Numbered from the stretch's first letter, positions 1-14,606 are shown. The stretch: DNA of 64,000 bases from Eledone cirrhosa (GCA_964016885.1 OZ024756.1:32116001-32180000), one strand, 5' to 3'. Notes: generated from the sequence alone by a model not told the origin. Numbers and translations are program-made.

Positions 1-249
1 GTTTTAGAGAACTTATTTTAAACATATGAAGTATTTCCTTCGTGTTAATTTTCTCTAATCTCACATGACTCTGCTGTACCTAATTATTTACAGTCATCTG
101 AATCTATTTTGTTTATGATATTTACTAATTAGATAATTGTATTACAGTGAAAGCAGAATAGCTAGTTGGTTAACACGTTTACTTCGCAATCGTAAGATCT
201 TGAGTTCGATTCTACTGCGTGACATCTAAATGTTTGAAGTCTGTGTCGA

Positions 250-520
250 AGCTGGAAGCTCATCAGACCAGTGTTTGTCCGGGTTTCCGATGGGTTAAGA
301 GACTAAGAATACACGACCCCTCCTCCACCACCACTGGAAAGGACACCAGTCCATCGCAGGGTTAAACTTCCAGCTACTACTGATATGCCTTTTCAGTTGA
401 GTATAGTGGAGCAACGTGAAATAAAGAGTTTTGCTCAAGAAAACAACACAAAACCCAGTCCAGGAATCGAACCCACGACATTATAAACGTAAGTCCAACA
501 CATTAAACACTAGGCCCCGC
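250..520 (-). mobile_element. tRNA-derived SINE with V-domain-like central/3' segment
   Basis: Minus strand reads ggcctagtgtt (A-box-like)...gtgggttcgattcctgg (B-box), then ttcttgagcaaaac... and cctgcgatggactgg...ggaaacccggac...ctgatgagc. Related SINE heads lie at about 147-222 (+), 21385-21457 (-) and 57560-57680 (-). Confidence 0.65.
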
Positions 521-1009
521 ATTTTAGGAATTTAGGAATTTGAGATTTGAAAATGTTATCGCAACACTGCAGATAACTATAAAAATGTTTGGCAACTATA
601 AATAAATAGTTGAATAGATTAGAGACAACTGGGCAGAGATGTCTACGGTTGTTCTAAGACCGGACAGACTCGGTCATCTTTTTCTGACAATACACAATCG
701 TCATATTAAACTATTATGGAGAGTTTTATGCATTTTGACGACTATATTTTAAACTTTCTATCCACCATCTTTCCATCGTCTTACCGCTAAGTACACTATT
801 ATCTAGACATTGTCTATGAGGTCATTAGCTTACCTAGAATCGATCGAATCCATTGTAAGGTTTCTACGTCACTTCCTAAAAATGTAGGGTAGTCATTTGT
901 CTGACAGTAATTGTTGCCTGGTACCTATATAAATGAGTCAGCAATTTTTTTTAGCTCTGCTATAGTAGCAATGTATGCACACACAAATCTCTCTCTCTCT
1001 CTCTCTCTC

Positions 1010-1122
<113 letters not shown>

Positions 1123-1592
1123 AAAGAAAATGAAAAAAATGAAAAACAAACATTAAATATATTTTCAGTGCTATGTCCAATCTCACCTTTTCTCTCTCTC
1201 TGTATATATATATATAAGATTCTTTCTCAGTCTATTTAACTATCTACCTCGCTTTCTTTTCACTTATTTTTACACTATATCAACATGTTTGTCGGTATGT
1301 ATGTTGCTCTACGATTTAATCTCTGGTCCTCTCTCGTTTTACTTTCCCTCCTCTCTCTTTATATATATTGAAGCTTTAGAAGGTACAACGTTTCACATTG
1401 AGATATACTTTCTACAACTTTAGCAAAAATATATGTGTTCTTGTGTGTGTGTGTGATTGTGTGTGTGTGTGCGCGTGCGCGTGTGGGTGTGCATACTTGG
1501 AGTGAATCTAGCGAATCTAGTATATGGACATATATATATAATAATAAATATATATATATATTTATTATTATATATATATGTCCATATATATG

Positions 1593-1649
<57 letters not shown>

Positions 1650-1707
1650 TCACTTATATCAAATGTAAAATTGAACTAGATTTACTCCAAGTATGCACAC
1701 TCACACG

Positions 1708-1747
<40 letters not shown>

Positions 1748-1753
1748 CATATA

Positions 1754-1813
<60 letters not shown>

Positions 1814-2140
1814 TAAATATTATATATATATACTGGGAGAGATTTTGTTTTCCACTTTGTTTCTGTTTTATATGCTTACCATTATTCCTATTAATAATAT
1901 TATTTATTGTTGTTGCTTCCTTTTGTATGAGAAATAGAGCGTAGCGCTCTCAGAATTTGAGCACGAGTATATTTTAGTCTATTGTTTTCTATTGTATTAG
2001 AAGTACCCAACAATGTGTAGTAATTGTAGGGCTCTAATGTATGAGACTAGACGAAAAAGTTATTCAAGACAGTAAATAGCGTTGGAATTGACAGAAATCT
2101 GAAGGGTGTTTGTTGCGTCCAAGTAATCGTAAATCTATAC

Positions 2141-2208
<68 letters not shown>

Positions 2209-2263
2209 ATATTGAAATATATCTATCTATATATATATTCATATATATATATATATATATATA

Positions 2264-2760
2264 TTTCTTTTATTTGCCACTAGGGCATCAAAAGTGGGAC
2301 AAGTACAAAGGGGGGAGTTTACACAAAAAGGCGTCCTCAATAAGGAGAAGGCAATAACAAAATATAAAAATAAAATAAGATATAACAAAAAATAAAATTT
2401 TTAACAAAATCCTCAATAGAGAGGAGGCGCCTTGGGGGGTCGCACACACCCCCGAAAAAAGTGTGCAACCCTTCTCCTCAGGAGCACAGAGAAGGGGTGC
2501 TCCCTTGGTCTTTCATCTTCCTCACCTATAGTCTGATGTAGAGTGAAGGCCCATTCACACGGGCCATTCTCGCCACTTTCGCCCATCTTTCATAGAAACG
2601 GCTGGGGTGCAGCACCTCTCTCTCCATCCTGATCCTTCTTCCGAAATGATATCGGAAGAAACGGACCAGTTGTTGGCCAGAGAGAAAGGTGCCCGACCTC
2701 AGTCCTTTCAGACGCGTCCACCATACAACCTCTTTCGCCATGGCTATTACGCACAGAAAT
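2264..2760 (-). mobile_element. 3' end of Tx1/L1-like LINE (ORF2 C-terminus plus 3' UTR), 5'-truncated
   Basis: Frame ending at 2526 reads LCVIAMAKEVVWWTR...RRIRMEREVLHPSRFYERWAKVARMARVNGPSLYIRL*. The 3' UTR ends ccctagtggcaaataaaagaaa into (TA)n. A homologous copy lies at 37615-37975. Confidence 0.65.
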
Positions 2761-2928
2761 ATATATATATATAGAATGTTAAACCAACATTCAAGGGTTC
2801 GGTTAATGAACTGAGACATACGTTCTATTCTCGACAAACAATAGTGCATTTCACGTTGCTACAACATTGTGGAGTGAAAACTTGGAGTTCATATATTTAT
2901 ATATATATATATATGTATATATATATAA

Positions 2929-2989
<61 letters not shown>

Positions 2990-2990
2990 C

Positions 2991-3085
<95 letters not shown>

Positions 3086-3504
3086 GACAGATAGGTAGAT
3101 AGATAAACACTTGCATACATACATGCATATCTACACACATAAATACATGAATATATATAAAGTGATGTACAGAACAGTTTGAGGTTTATGACGAGAGTAA
3201 ACATATATGTGTTCCTACTTTTGGCACAAGGCCAGCAATTATCCCAGGGCATTACTAGAACTGTATTTATCAACCCCGTATAATAAGGTTTATCATGGTG
3301 CCTAGATGATTTAAAATCTGAAATGTGGGATTCCAAACCGTAACTTTAATCCTTTAAAAAGTGTGGATCCTTATAAATTATTGGAGCTTTAAAAATTCAA
3401 GTAAAATACTTTTTTGTAGGATAAAAAATGGACCAACCACTGATTCTCCCTAATTTTGTTTTGTATTGTTGATATACATCATTTTATCAAGTATCTGTAT
3501 CATT

Positions 3505-3798
3505 GAGCTGCTCAACATTACCAAATTTAGACCAATTACATCAATTGTCAAGTCAAGAGTACTCAAACTATAGGGTTATATAAAAAGATTAACTCAAGGT
3601 GTGAGTAGGTTATGTCTGGAACCAATGTTGCCTGGTAAGAGAAGCAGAGGCGGGCAGTCAAAGCGATGGCTTCATAATGTCAACTTATGGACTGGACTTG
3701 ATCTTTGCTATTTAAACTCTGATCGAACTTTGTAGGGAAAAAATTTTTCATATTGATGCGCAGTCTGCAACTGGCTGAGTTTAGCGTCAGAAGAAGAA
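3505..3798 (+). mobile_element. RTE-clade LINE, decayed ORF C-terminus
   Basis: Translates to LLNITKFRPITSIVKSRVLKL*GYIKR...RLCLEPMLPGKRSRGGQSKRWLHNVNLWTGL, matching the RTE motif GH..R...GKRSRGRP..RWLDNI..WTGL. It ends in a short gaagaagaa tail. Confidence 0.7.
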
Positions 3799-4453
3799 TT
3801 GTTGATATAACCCCTCCAAGTTTTCACTCCACAATGTTGTAGCAACGTGAAATGCACTATTGTTTGTCGAGAATAGAACGTATGTCTCAGTTCATTAACC
3901 GAACCCTTGAATGTTGGTTTAACATTCTAACCACAGGTTCAGGTGCCTCCAACTACAACTAAACGATACAAGAAATCGAAACTGTCCTTGGGATAGATAT
4001 ATTGGAAAAAAACGAACGAAGACCACCGAAAACTACGATATACTTTATAATGCTTCGTCTTTGGGACAAAATCCAACAAAAATCCATTTTGTGAATTGGG
4101 CCGCCTGTGGCGCTCTAAAGTTTTTGACATTCAATATATGGAAAAAGTGAGCTGTTGCCAATATGTGATAGGATAAACTCTATTTCTCCCCAACGCTATA
4201 AACAATATATATCGAAGAAATGGTTAGCATTACTAGAGCGTCTCTAGATAATATGAATGCAATTTCTTATAATGGATTATGCCATTATCAATGGAAAGTT
4301 TACTTGTCATGACTAGCAGGAGATGCAGGGAAATCGATATAATATATATAATATATATCTATGTCCATACACACACACACTCACACTCAAAGATATAGTA
4401 TATGTATATATATTATATATATGTATATATATGAACTTATATTTATGTCTATA

Positions 4454-4496
<43 letters not shown>

Positions 4497-4562
4497 TTAT
4501 ATTTATGCATATACTTATATATATATATATACACTTATATTTATGCATATACTTATATATAC

Positions 4563-4605
<43 letters not shown>

Positions 4606-5830
4606 CTTGTATATATATATATATGCATATACTTATATATATATATACATATACTTGATATATAAATATATATATATATATATACTATAAGTATGTGTTT
4701 ATGTGTCTGTTATGTTTGTATCTTTGTATCTGTACATGTGCGTATGCATCTGAATGTGTGAGTATTTGTGTGTTTGTGTGTATATATATATACATATACG
4801 TCTAATAAATCTGTTAAAATCAGCTAACTACATATATCCATGATTTATTTTTTCTAAGAGGGCCCGAGTAAGCAGGAGCTTTAAAACAGTGAATGATATT
4901 AACAAAATGAAACCGACCAGTCATGCGGAGGCAGCGAGCCTTCATACTATTGACTATCGGTAGAAAACAGTAGCTTAATATTCTCCAAACCAGGCTTTAT
5001 GAACTTAATAAATAAGAAGTAAGGACAGGATCGATAATGTAGTCCAACATCTATGTAAAGTCGTGATGCCCATTTTGGAAGGTTTTATGGTTATACATTT
5101 TAGTAGGTTTTGTTTGACATTTTTCTAACAGAACAACATTAAGCCGTATGCTTTACGATCATTACAACAAAAAAACCCAACATCAGCAAATGGATGACAT
5201 CCCAAGGGTGAGTTAGAATAAGAACTTCAGGGTGTTCATCACGTGATCATAGGGTCGTGAATTTCGATTACCCGTGGTGGGTGGAGTCTTTATGCAATGT
5301 ATATTACTTCCCGTTCTTCCGGTCGATTCAGGTTGACAAAAAAAGTTGATTTTTGTGTTTCAAATCACCTACTCTTGTTACACGGGGTGTCACACTGAAC
5401 CTCCCTGAGAATGCCATTAAGAGTACACGTGTCTGTGGAAGATCTAGATATTTGCTCAGTAATAGCATGAGCTGGCTGGTATGATGATTACATTAACTGG
5501 AACATTTGGCGTTAAACTCGATAGAGGCAGCCCCTTACACACAATCACAGAAACATATAGACACACACACACACATATACACACGCACATACACACACAA
5601 ACACACAGTCACACACACCCGCGCAGGCACACGTTCGCACTCTATCATGGAATACCTCAGGGTAATTTTCCAGCTCTTTAATTATTCCTGTTATCAAAGA
5701 AACATTTCATATTTTTGTTTATTCGAATGTGTGTGTGTATGTGTGTGAGTGTGTGTGCATGTAAGTGTGCATATTTATATTGTATTGCTTGTGTTAGTTC
5801 TGAATTAATCTAGTTATATATATATGTATA

Positions 5831-5885
<55 letters not shown>

Positions 5886-5951
5886 GTATATACACATGTA
5901 TATACACATGCATATACATTTATATACACATATATACATATATATATCTAT

Positions 5952-6007
<56 letters not shown>

Positions 6008-6176
6008 GTAGATAAATCTACCAAGAGTTTACGGTAGTGTCCAATCCGTATGAAGAACTCAATGTATTCCGGATATCATGGGAAGAAGAGATGCAATGAA
6101 AAACGACTTTCGGTGAAAGATAAACGGTATACAGAGTCAAGATAAAATATTAAACAAATAATGAACAAACAATTCA

Positions 6177-6325
6177 ATTATTTCTGAAGACGGCGTATAT
6201 ATGTGTTTGGTATGTATATTTAATCTTGATAATTTGTATAATTTTGTATAATTTTGTACATAGATCTGTTGAATATGCATACCAATTATAACACATATAT
6301 ATCCTAGAAACGATCGTTAAATAAT
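6177..6325 (+). ncRNA. Type I hammerhead ribozyme motif with very long stem II
   Basis: attattt (6177-83) CTGAAGA (6184-90) [~116 nt, with tatatatgtgt/acacatatata and ttggtatgtatatt/aatatgcataccaa pairing] GAAA (6307-10) cgatcg TT aaataat (6319-25). Confidence 0.7.
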
Positions 6326-6373
6326 GAACTTTTTTTGTTTAATATAAGGAATTGTTTGTTCATTATTTGTTTA

Positions 6374-6416
<43 letters not shown>

Positions 6417-6481
6417 GTATATACATATATATATATATCCATATATGCATACATACATATATATAGCTCTCCCCCCCCCCC

Positions 6482-6546
<65 letters not shown>

Positions 6547-7426
6547 ATTTACCATACAAACTTGCAATCCAATGTTATGGATGGACTATCGAACAATAAT
6601 GTCAACGTTAAAGAGAAAAAAAAAGAAAAGAAAGAAACTGTCAAAGACAAATATGCTTAGTAAAATTCCATTCCATTCTGTTCTATGAAGTGAAAAGCTG
6701 TTTTGTTTCATACAAAAAAAAGGAGATAGACCCAAAACAAAACTAAAAATATTAATCCTTAATAGAATATATAAAAAAAAAAAACCGAGTAATTGGACCA
6801 CCAATATCTTTTCGCTGTTTTCTCATTCTTATTTTCCACAATTATGACTTAGATTATTTTGACAACAATTCTGTTGAAAATGAAGTGTACTACTGTGAAA
6901 AGATTTCTCTACCATATTAGTTTGTTTTTTCATGAAAGACCTAACAAATAAATATATTTAAATGAAAATTTTCAAAAGGAATATAATATATATTTATTAT
7001 CTTCTTTAGTTCTATATACATTGTTCTTTGTTTTATTTCCCTATGTCTTTTTCGTTTTTGCGGGTTTTATCTCTTTTATTCTCATTTTTATTTTCCCTTT
7101 CGTTGCGGTCTCCGTGTTTTATTGTACAATATCCCCATGGACGATATTAATATTATTAATTTCCTTCTCGCTAGAAAATTTACACCATTCTTCATATTTA
7201 TAAACAGATAAGAAAAACACATATGCGAAACAAAACTACAAGTAAAAATATAACAATATACTACACACATAAGCTTCAATTCTCTCTCACATACACAGAA
7301 ACATATATGTGTACATATATAATGTATATACAAATATCCAATAATATATATATGTTTATATTACTCTATTACTCTATTATGTGTTCCATACACACACACA
7401 CACCCACACCCACATATATATATATA

Positions 7427-7485
<59 letters not shown>

Positions 7486-7674
7486 GTGTGTGTGTATATA
7501 TATAAATATGTAAATAATATAAATATATATATATACATGTATATATTTATATATTGTATATTTATGTATGTATATATATATACATATATATGTGCCTGTG
7601 TATGTATATATATATATATATATGTATGTTTATATATATATACACATACATACATACATACATACATACATACC

Positions 7675-7705
<31 letters not shown>

Positions 7706-8251
7706 GCGTTGTTTGTTATTGAAAAAACAGAAATCTTGAAATAAAACAAAATACATTTCAACAACACATTTACCTTAAATTTTGTTCAAATAAAGAACAT
7801 GTGAAACTCAACAAACGCAGAATAAATAGAAATGTCGTATTGAATAAGAGAGGCATCAATATTTTGTAGCTTCTTTTATTTATACTACAATTCCTATCTT
7901 GTAAAATATTGTCAAAGCGAATTAAGCTTTCTTATAATACTTGGGGAAAAAAACAAAATATTCTCATAGATTATATTGTGTTCGCGTTTCTCGTTGTTGT
8001 TGAATCCAAACTACCGTCTTAAACTCCCACCATCCCCAATTTCATGCTCCAATACTAAACTTCACGAATACCGACATCGATATCTAAAGCTGAACACCTT
8101 GGAAGATGGTTCAACCTCGTAACTCGATCTGCTACAAAACACATTAACTGAAAATACATTTAAAACCAGATACACACAACATATTCCGTTCTTCACATAA
8201 ACATAAACAAGAGTAACATGCTTCTGCAATACGCCTCTCTCATTCTATCTG

Positions 8252-8311
<60 letters not shown>

Positions 8312-9168
8312 CCCTCTCTCTCTATCTTTCTCCATCCCTCTCTCTCTCGCTCTGTCTCTCTCTCGTTAACATGAATGGACCTGTTATTTTTATATAAAGA
8401 CATTTTTTTCCAATTCCACCCCACCCGTCCCTTCAATCTATCCTATTTCTCATTCTTTCTAGTGTCCGAAACGTTAAGACCCTCTTCCTGCTATTTCAAG
8501 CTTTAACCTAATATATTCCTTCCATATACTGTACTGATTGTGTTGTTATTTCTGTTTTCCTTTTACATACACACATATATATATATATTGCATATATCTA
8601 TTTTTTTGCTGTGGGATTTAAATTGTAATTATTACTTTTATTATTATTAAATAATAAAGAAATCAGTATTCTTATCATTATCATTACTGTTATCACTATA
8701 ATCCTTATCAACGTTATCATCAGCAACATCAACATCATGACGATATCGAATATATTGCATGCTGTGATTGTCTACCAACAATATATTTGTGTATATTGAA
8801 GGGAAATACATTACAGGTATCTCCAAGTGTCTCCTCAGATTGTATATAGATTCTGTCAGGAATACTTTTTAATATAAAATCTTACTAAAGAGATAGAGAT
8901 GCTAAAAGAGCCATTGGCAGCATCTTATCGAAATAAACATGCATGGTATTGGAAAATAAGTTATGTATGTATGTAAGAAGAATTGTCTCAAATGCGAGAG
9001 AGTATGACTTCTGAATTTATTTATGGACGGATATTTTATCAAAAACCAAGTCTGAATAATATCAAGATGCAGGTATGAAATAACAGTAACAGATTCAGAT
9101 CACACGTAGTGGAACATATATATGTGTATATGTTGAGGAAATGTAAAAGAAGGTTCTTATATACATAA

Positions 9169-9214
<46 letters not shown>

Positions 9215-9326
9215 TAGTAAAAGGAAAAGAAAATGCTGACAAATTTTTCCCAGTGAAAAATAGTTTAATTAGGAATAAGTATAGATTAGTAATACGTATT
9301 GGTTAGTATTCAGTTTTAATTTTAAG

Positions 9327-9363
9327 TTTTTACCGGTTGCGCATTTCTAATGCTTTTCAAAAA
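9327..9363 (-). ncRNA. Degenerate minimal hammerhead motif, U3-A8 variant
   Basis: Minus strand: ttt TTGAAAA gcat tagaa atgc GCAA ccgg TA aaa. It is homologous to 62331-62366, with GAAA mutated to GCAA. Confidence 0.55.
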
Positions 9364-9462
9364 TAATTTTGAGATAAAGCGCCCGTGATGTTTGCTCTAA
9401 TATATTTCGTAAATACCTGCATAAATTCCTTCTCTTAATGCTTACCTGTGTTTTCTCTTTTA

Positions 9463-9531
<69 letters not shown>

Positions 9532-12481
9532 GAGAATATAGAGGTGAAAGTGTGATTAGTGGAGTGTTACCAGATGGATATCATAGCCAATATCATCAAA
9601 TATGAAAGTGAATATTGGATTATATATGCATATGTATATTTATGCTTATACACACAATATACATATAAGATCCGCCTAAGATGAAACAATTGTTCTTGGT
9701 ATGGTAAACTAACTGTTGTGATACTATTTCTACCAAACTCCTCCCATGGACTACGGATATTACCTTCCAGTGTTTTTTCTCCCCCCCCCCTCTCTCTCTA
9801 CATATATATATATTGTATATATATATATTTATATGTAAGTATGCAGATATATGTATATACATATATGTATATATATGTATATATATATATATATATGTGT
9901 ATATATATATATATGTATATACATATATTTGTATACTTACATATAAATATGTATATCAGCCTACATATATAGTTGTATGTAAATATATATATGCGTATGT
10001 ATGTATGTATGTGTCTGTTTGTTTCTGTATCCGTGTCTGTATATACATTAGGATACACACCTGCATCCATTATATACAAACGTAGATAGAAACAGAGTAT
10101 ATTTTATGACATATATCTGTAATGCAAGTTAAAACCTCTATCATTTATCTTTCGGCAACATATTCGACCCTTTTAAACAAGAATTAAATTTAGTTCATTG
10201 TGTGCTTGACCTTACAAAATTTCCTGTGTATTATATATAAATTCTTATTTTAATAAATTTTATTTTCTGTATTTTATGTTACTCCATATAAAGTGTTTGC
10301 CAGAATTTGCCTCAAAGTATACGGAAAAAATTTCATTTCTGAAATCTTGTGTTACTGTGCCCCCAAAGATTTACTTTGCATTTTAAAGTTTTATAAAGTG
10401 GATTAAAATAGATGTATTTCTAATTTAGATCAAAATAGCTTGAGGAATTTTGTACATTCTAAATCGAAAGTTTTTATGTTTATTTAAAAAAAATAATATT
10501 ATTTTTGTATTTTAGCATGATTATAATTTAACGTTCTTGCTAAACGTGTATAAACTTAAATTTCTCTTGATTTATACTCTTTGCATATTTTCAAACATAT
10601 CTACGTGCAAATGTACATATATAGAAACAGAAAATTGGTACATATGCCAAATGAAATATTTCTGCATTTATTCTGGATTTTAATGTCTGACTTCAAATCC
10701 TGTCGAAACTAATTTTGCTTACGAGAATAGTTAAATAAAGAACCACTTTAAAATTGTTTGTAATATTTTCGCATCAGTATAATTTTAAGTTACTTGTAAG
10801 ACTGTTTGTGTATCTAAATTTATCTTGGCTTCTATATTCCATAAATATATCTACATCTAATTAATATTTTCTTTTTCTTCTTCCTTTCAGCCTTCTTTTC
10901 TCCTACGACTCTTCTCTCGATGAAGGACCAACATACGATATGTTGAGACAAACCGTTTTCTTTTTCAGCAAGAACATCTAATATTTATTCTTGCTCTCTG
11001 AGATTTCAGTTTAAATTCCGTCACTTGTTATTATAAACGCTGTGAAGAATCTGCTATGCATGCGTATATATATGTACGTATGTTTAAGGTCTAAGATAAA
11101 GGGGTTTTGTTGCTGTTTTTAACAGAAACCTGAGCGAAATTTATAATTTTCTCCTAACGTGTATCTTGCTGTTGTTCATATTTAAGACCAACCCCAGATT
11201 CAGCTATAACTAGCATGGCCTATTATCAATAAGCGTTCATACGTGACCATCCATCATTTGGATGCAGTGAGATCCACTGTATCAGTACCACGTATACTAA
11301 GAATATGGGATATATTTTTCTACACTGAGCGAAATACTTTTTATAAGGCGCTGTAAATTTAAAGGAATTTGGCAGTTATTTCTAGAATATGGGCCAACCA
11401 GGTAGATGCTGCATTCTTTTGCTCCCAAAGGCCCTTTTTCAACGGAAGTGAATTGAGATGACATTAAGCGGCAATAGAATTTTGAAGGAAGAATACCAAT
11501 ACGTGAAGAAATTAAATTTAAATTCCCAAACGAATTCTTGTAATAATCATTACAAGAGTTGCATTTATTCTTGCAATTTTCTTGCGCTTCAAATTTTACG
11601 CTGTAGTTGGAATAATTGAATTCATAGAATCGAAGGATTAATTATGATTTTGGCGTAATTCCAATTTCTCTTTTGTTTGAAATGAAATCAATTATCCTTT
11701 GCGAGAAAGTTAAATTAAATCAAGTAAATGACATATATAAGTTTTAATGGATTATGACATTAATCCGCTATTCAAACCAGGAGAAATGTTTATTCAATAT
11801 TAACCAAATGGAACATGTTTTCAAGAAACACACACACACCCACACACATACATATACACATACACACATACACACAAATGGACACACCCAAACACTGACA
11901 GACAGACACAGCCGGCATAGAGAAGAAGAGAGATAAAGAGTTAGAGAGATATATAGATAGATAGTTAGATAGTTAGATAGATAGATAGATAGATATATAG
12001 AAAAAAAACACACATAGAATGGTCTTGCATTAGTTTCGACGATGAGTATTCTAGTTGTTAGACAAACACACTTAGGATGATCTTGCATTAGTTTCGACGA
12101 TGAGTATTTCAGTTGTTCGACGAACCGTTTGTGAAATAAACGTGCAAGAACCTCAGCATTTCACAGACACGAGTACCCCTAGCGTAATTACCAATGAGAT
12201 TCAGCATGAAAAAGAGGTGAGTATGACAGACAAAGTTGGCACTATGAACTACAGTTACAGTGCTCCAATCATGATTTCAAACAGTTTCCGTCAATTTAAA
12301 TAAACTCTGAATGCTTGAGTCTACATAAGTCTTTGGTAAATGACAAATGTCCAAGACGCTACGCCACTGCATCTATATATATATATATATATGTGTTAGG
12401 TAATTCCGAAGGAAAAGCAAAGTAATATACAGACGTATATTGTTACTGTCTGGGATCCAGAAACCTTTGGTAATGGAGTAG

Positions 12482-12545
<64 letters not shown>

Positions 12546-14228
12546 GTTAATAGAAATATCTATATTTCCTCTATAATAACCAAAGCTACATTAGTTTCGT
12601 AATCCTTTTCCGCCCCTCCTTGTATTTCACGGTATAGAAGCCATGTGGAAGTAAAAGCTCCTCCACTACATCACTACTGTCCCCAGTGAAATAGTGTGTT
12701 TTACTTAACACCAAATCAACAACTATGCCATCACGGAAGCTGAACAACTTTGCACGAATGTTGTAATTGTTATAAATGAGAATGAATTTAAAATGAAGGA
12801 AGTTCTGACGACTTGATAAATCCGCAGAGCTGTAAGTTTATTAAAGTGTATTAAAGTTTATTGAATAAATAAACGTGTTTTGTCTTCTGCTATAAGCACT
12901 GAGTCATTTATTTTTATAATAACCAATAGTATCTTTCACAGAATCATGAGGCCATTCGCCATCTTCACATCCCACTGAGAAAAAACTTTGCTTTTCCTTC
13001 GTTCTGGAGTCAATCTATATATAAATTTGAGCAACTTCCATCCGTCTAACAATGTGTTTGCGTATGTGTTTGTGTGAATATATGTGTGTTTAAAATGTGT
13101 TTAAAAGGAAGGAAGGGTATGGTGAAAGAACGATAGTAAAAAAGTGGCTGGTGTTCCATTTGCTACGTTGTGTGTGAATGCATGCGAATGTGTGTGTTTG
13201 TAAATGCATGTTAATGTATGTGTATTTGTGTGAATGTATATGTGTATCATTGTATTAAAGTATGTGTATTTGTGTGAATGTATGTCCGTGAGTGTGTATT
13301 TTTGTAAGCGTGTCTGTGTTTGCCCGTTTATAGTTGTATACTCATACATATACATGTATGCATATGCACATACACACACGCACACATACATTCACATATA
13401 CGTCAGTGTGTTGAAAAATCCTAGTGAATTAAAATACCAGCCATATCTTGAGAAATATGTAATCAATTTTACTGTTGCCTCCAAATTGCTGTCCTTGTTT
13501 GTCCACATTTGAAAACAAAAGTGTGGAAAATTGGGAGAATTCGTAGAACATCGGGCAAAATCTTTACCCTATTTAGTTTCAGCTCTTTCCTTTCTGAGTT
13601 CAAATCTCACCTTTGACAATGTTTCCTTTCTTACATCGGTCGATAAAATAAAACGCCAATAAAGTTTCTCAGGGGTAGGGGTTGATTCAATCGACTCTAC
13701 GTTCCAACAGAAGTGAAATTGCTGGCTTTATGCCTATATTAGAAAGGTCGAACGATTGTCAAAATCATTAGAGCAGTAAATGAAATGAGTTGTGGCGTTT
13801 GGTTATGGCCCTTTAAGTTCTGAGAATCAACGAAACCAAGATGTTAGCTGATGTAAATCGATATAGTCGACCATTCGCCTCCCCAAATTATGTGCCAATG
13901 TTTCAAATCGATACCAATTAAAGGCTAAATCAAACAAAATGATTTAATGGTACGTATTTATGACTATTCACATTCTGATTTCAAATCCAGTTTAGGTGAT
14001 TTTCGTATGTAACGCATCCAAAGGCTGGGAAAATTTCCTTTTTTCGAGTCTAATCCTAAATATTTCTGGATTGTCGAGTCCTATGAAGATACCCGTTCCA
14101 ACCATGTCCACCCACTCTAGACATTACATAGCATACATCTAAACGCTGCACAGTTTATTATAGTTATTAGAAAATGGTAGACTAAATTCCTTCACAGGTT
14201 TAAAACCATAAGACGGGTCTTGGGTGCA

Positions 14229-14404
14229 CTTCTTCTTCTTCTTCTTCTCCTTCTTCTTCTTCTTCTTCTTCTTCTTCTTCTTCTTCTTCTTCTTCTTCTT
14301 CTTCTTCTTCTTCTTCTTCTTCTTCTTCTTCTTCTTCTTCTTCTTCTTCTTCTTCTTCTTCTTCTTCTTCTTCTTCTTCTTCTTCTTCTTCTTCTTCTTC
14401 TTCA
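14229..14404. repeat. Long (CTT)n microsatellite
   Basis: About 175 bp of nearly pure CTT; source of the poly-K/E/L/F ORFs. Confidence 0.95.
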
Positions 14405-14515
14405 TCCAACGAGGAGCTATCTTTAGCTTCGCTGTTGGTCCGTTGCGATTGCTAGGTAATATGATCGATATTTCACGTATTGATCAACATTATATATATA
14501 TATATTGCCATCCCA

Positions 14516-14572
<57 letters not shown>

Positions 14573-14606
14573 GTATATATGTATGTATATAAATAGATAT
14601 ATATAC

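Noticed and set aside
255-270. CTGATGA on the minus strand as a hammerhead core
   Set aside because: It is part of the SINE 3' tail, with no GAAA, stem III or stem I partner.
3975-4150. NCPWDRYIGK as a GIY-YIG fragment
   Set aside because: Only the YIG tripeptide matches; no upstream GIY/VY motif or downstream R...H pattern.
10875-10981. Polypyrimidine tract plus CAG followed by a short open frame
   Set aside because: No recognisable peptide or partner exon; such acceptors occur by chance in this composition.
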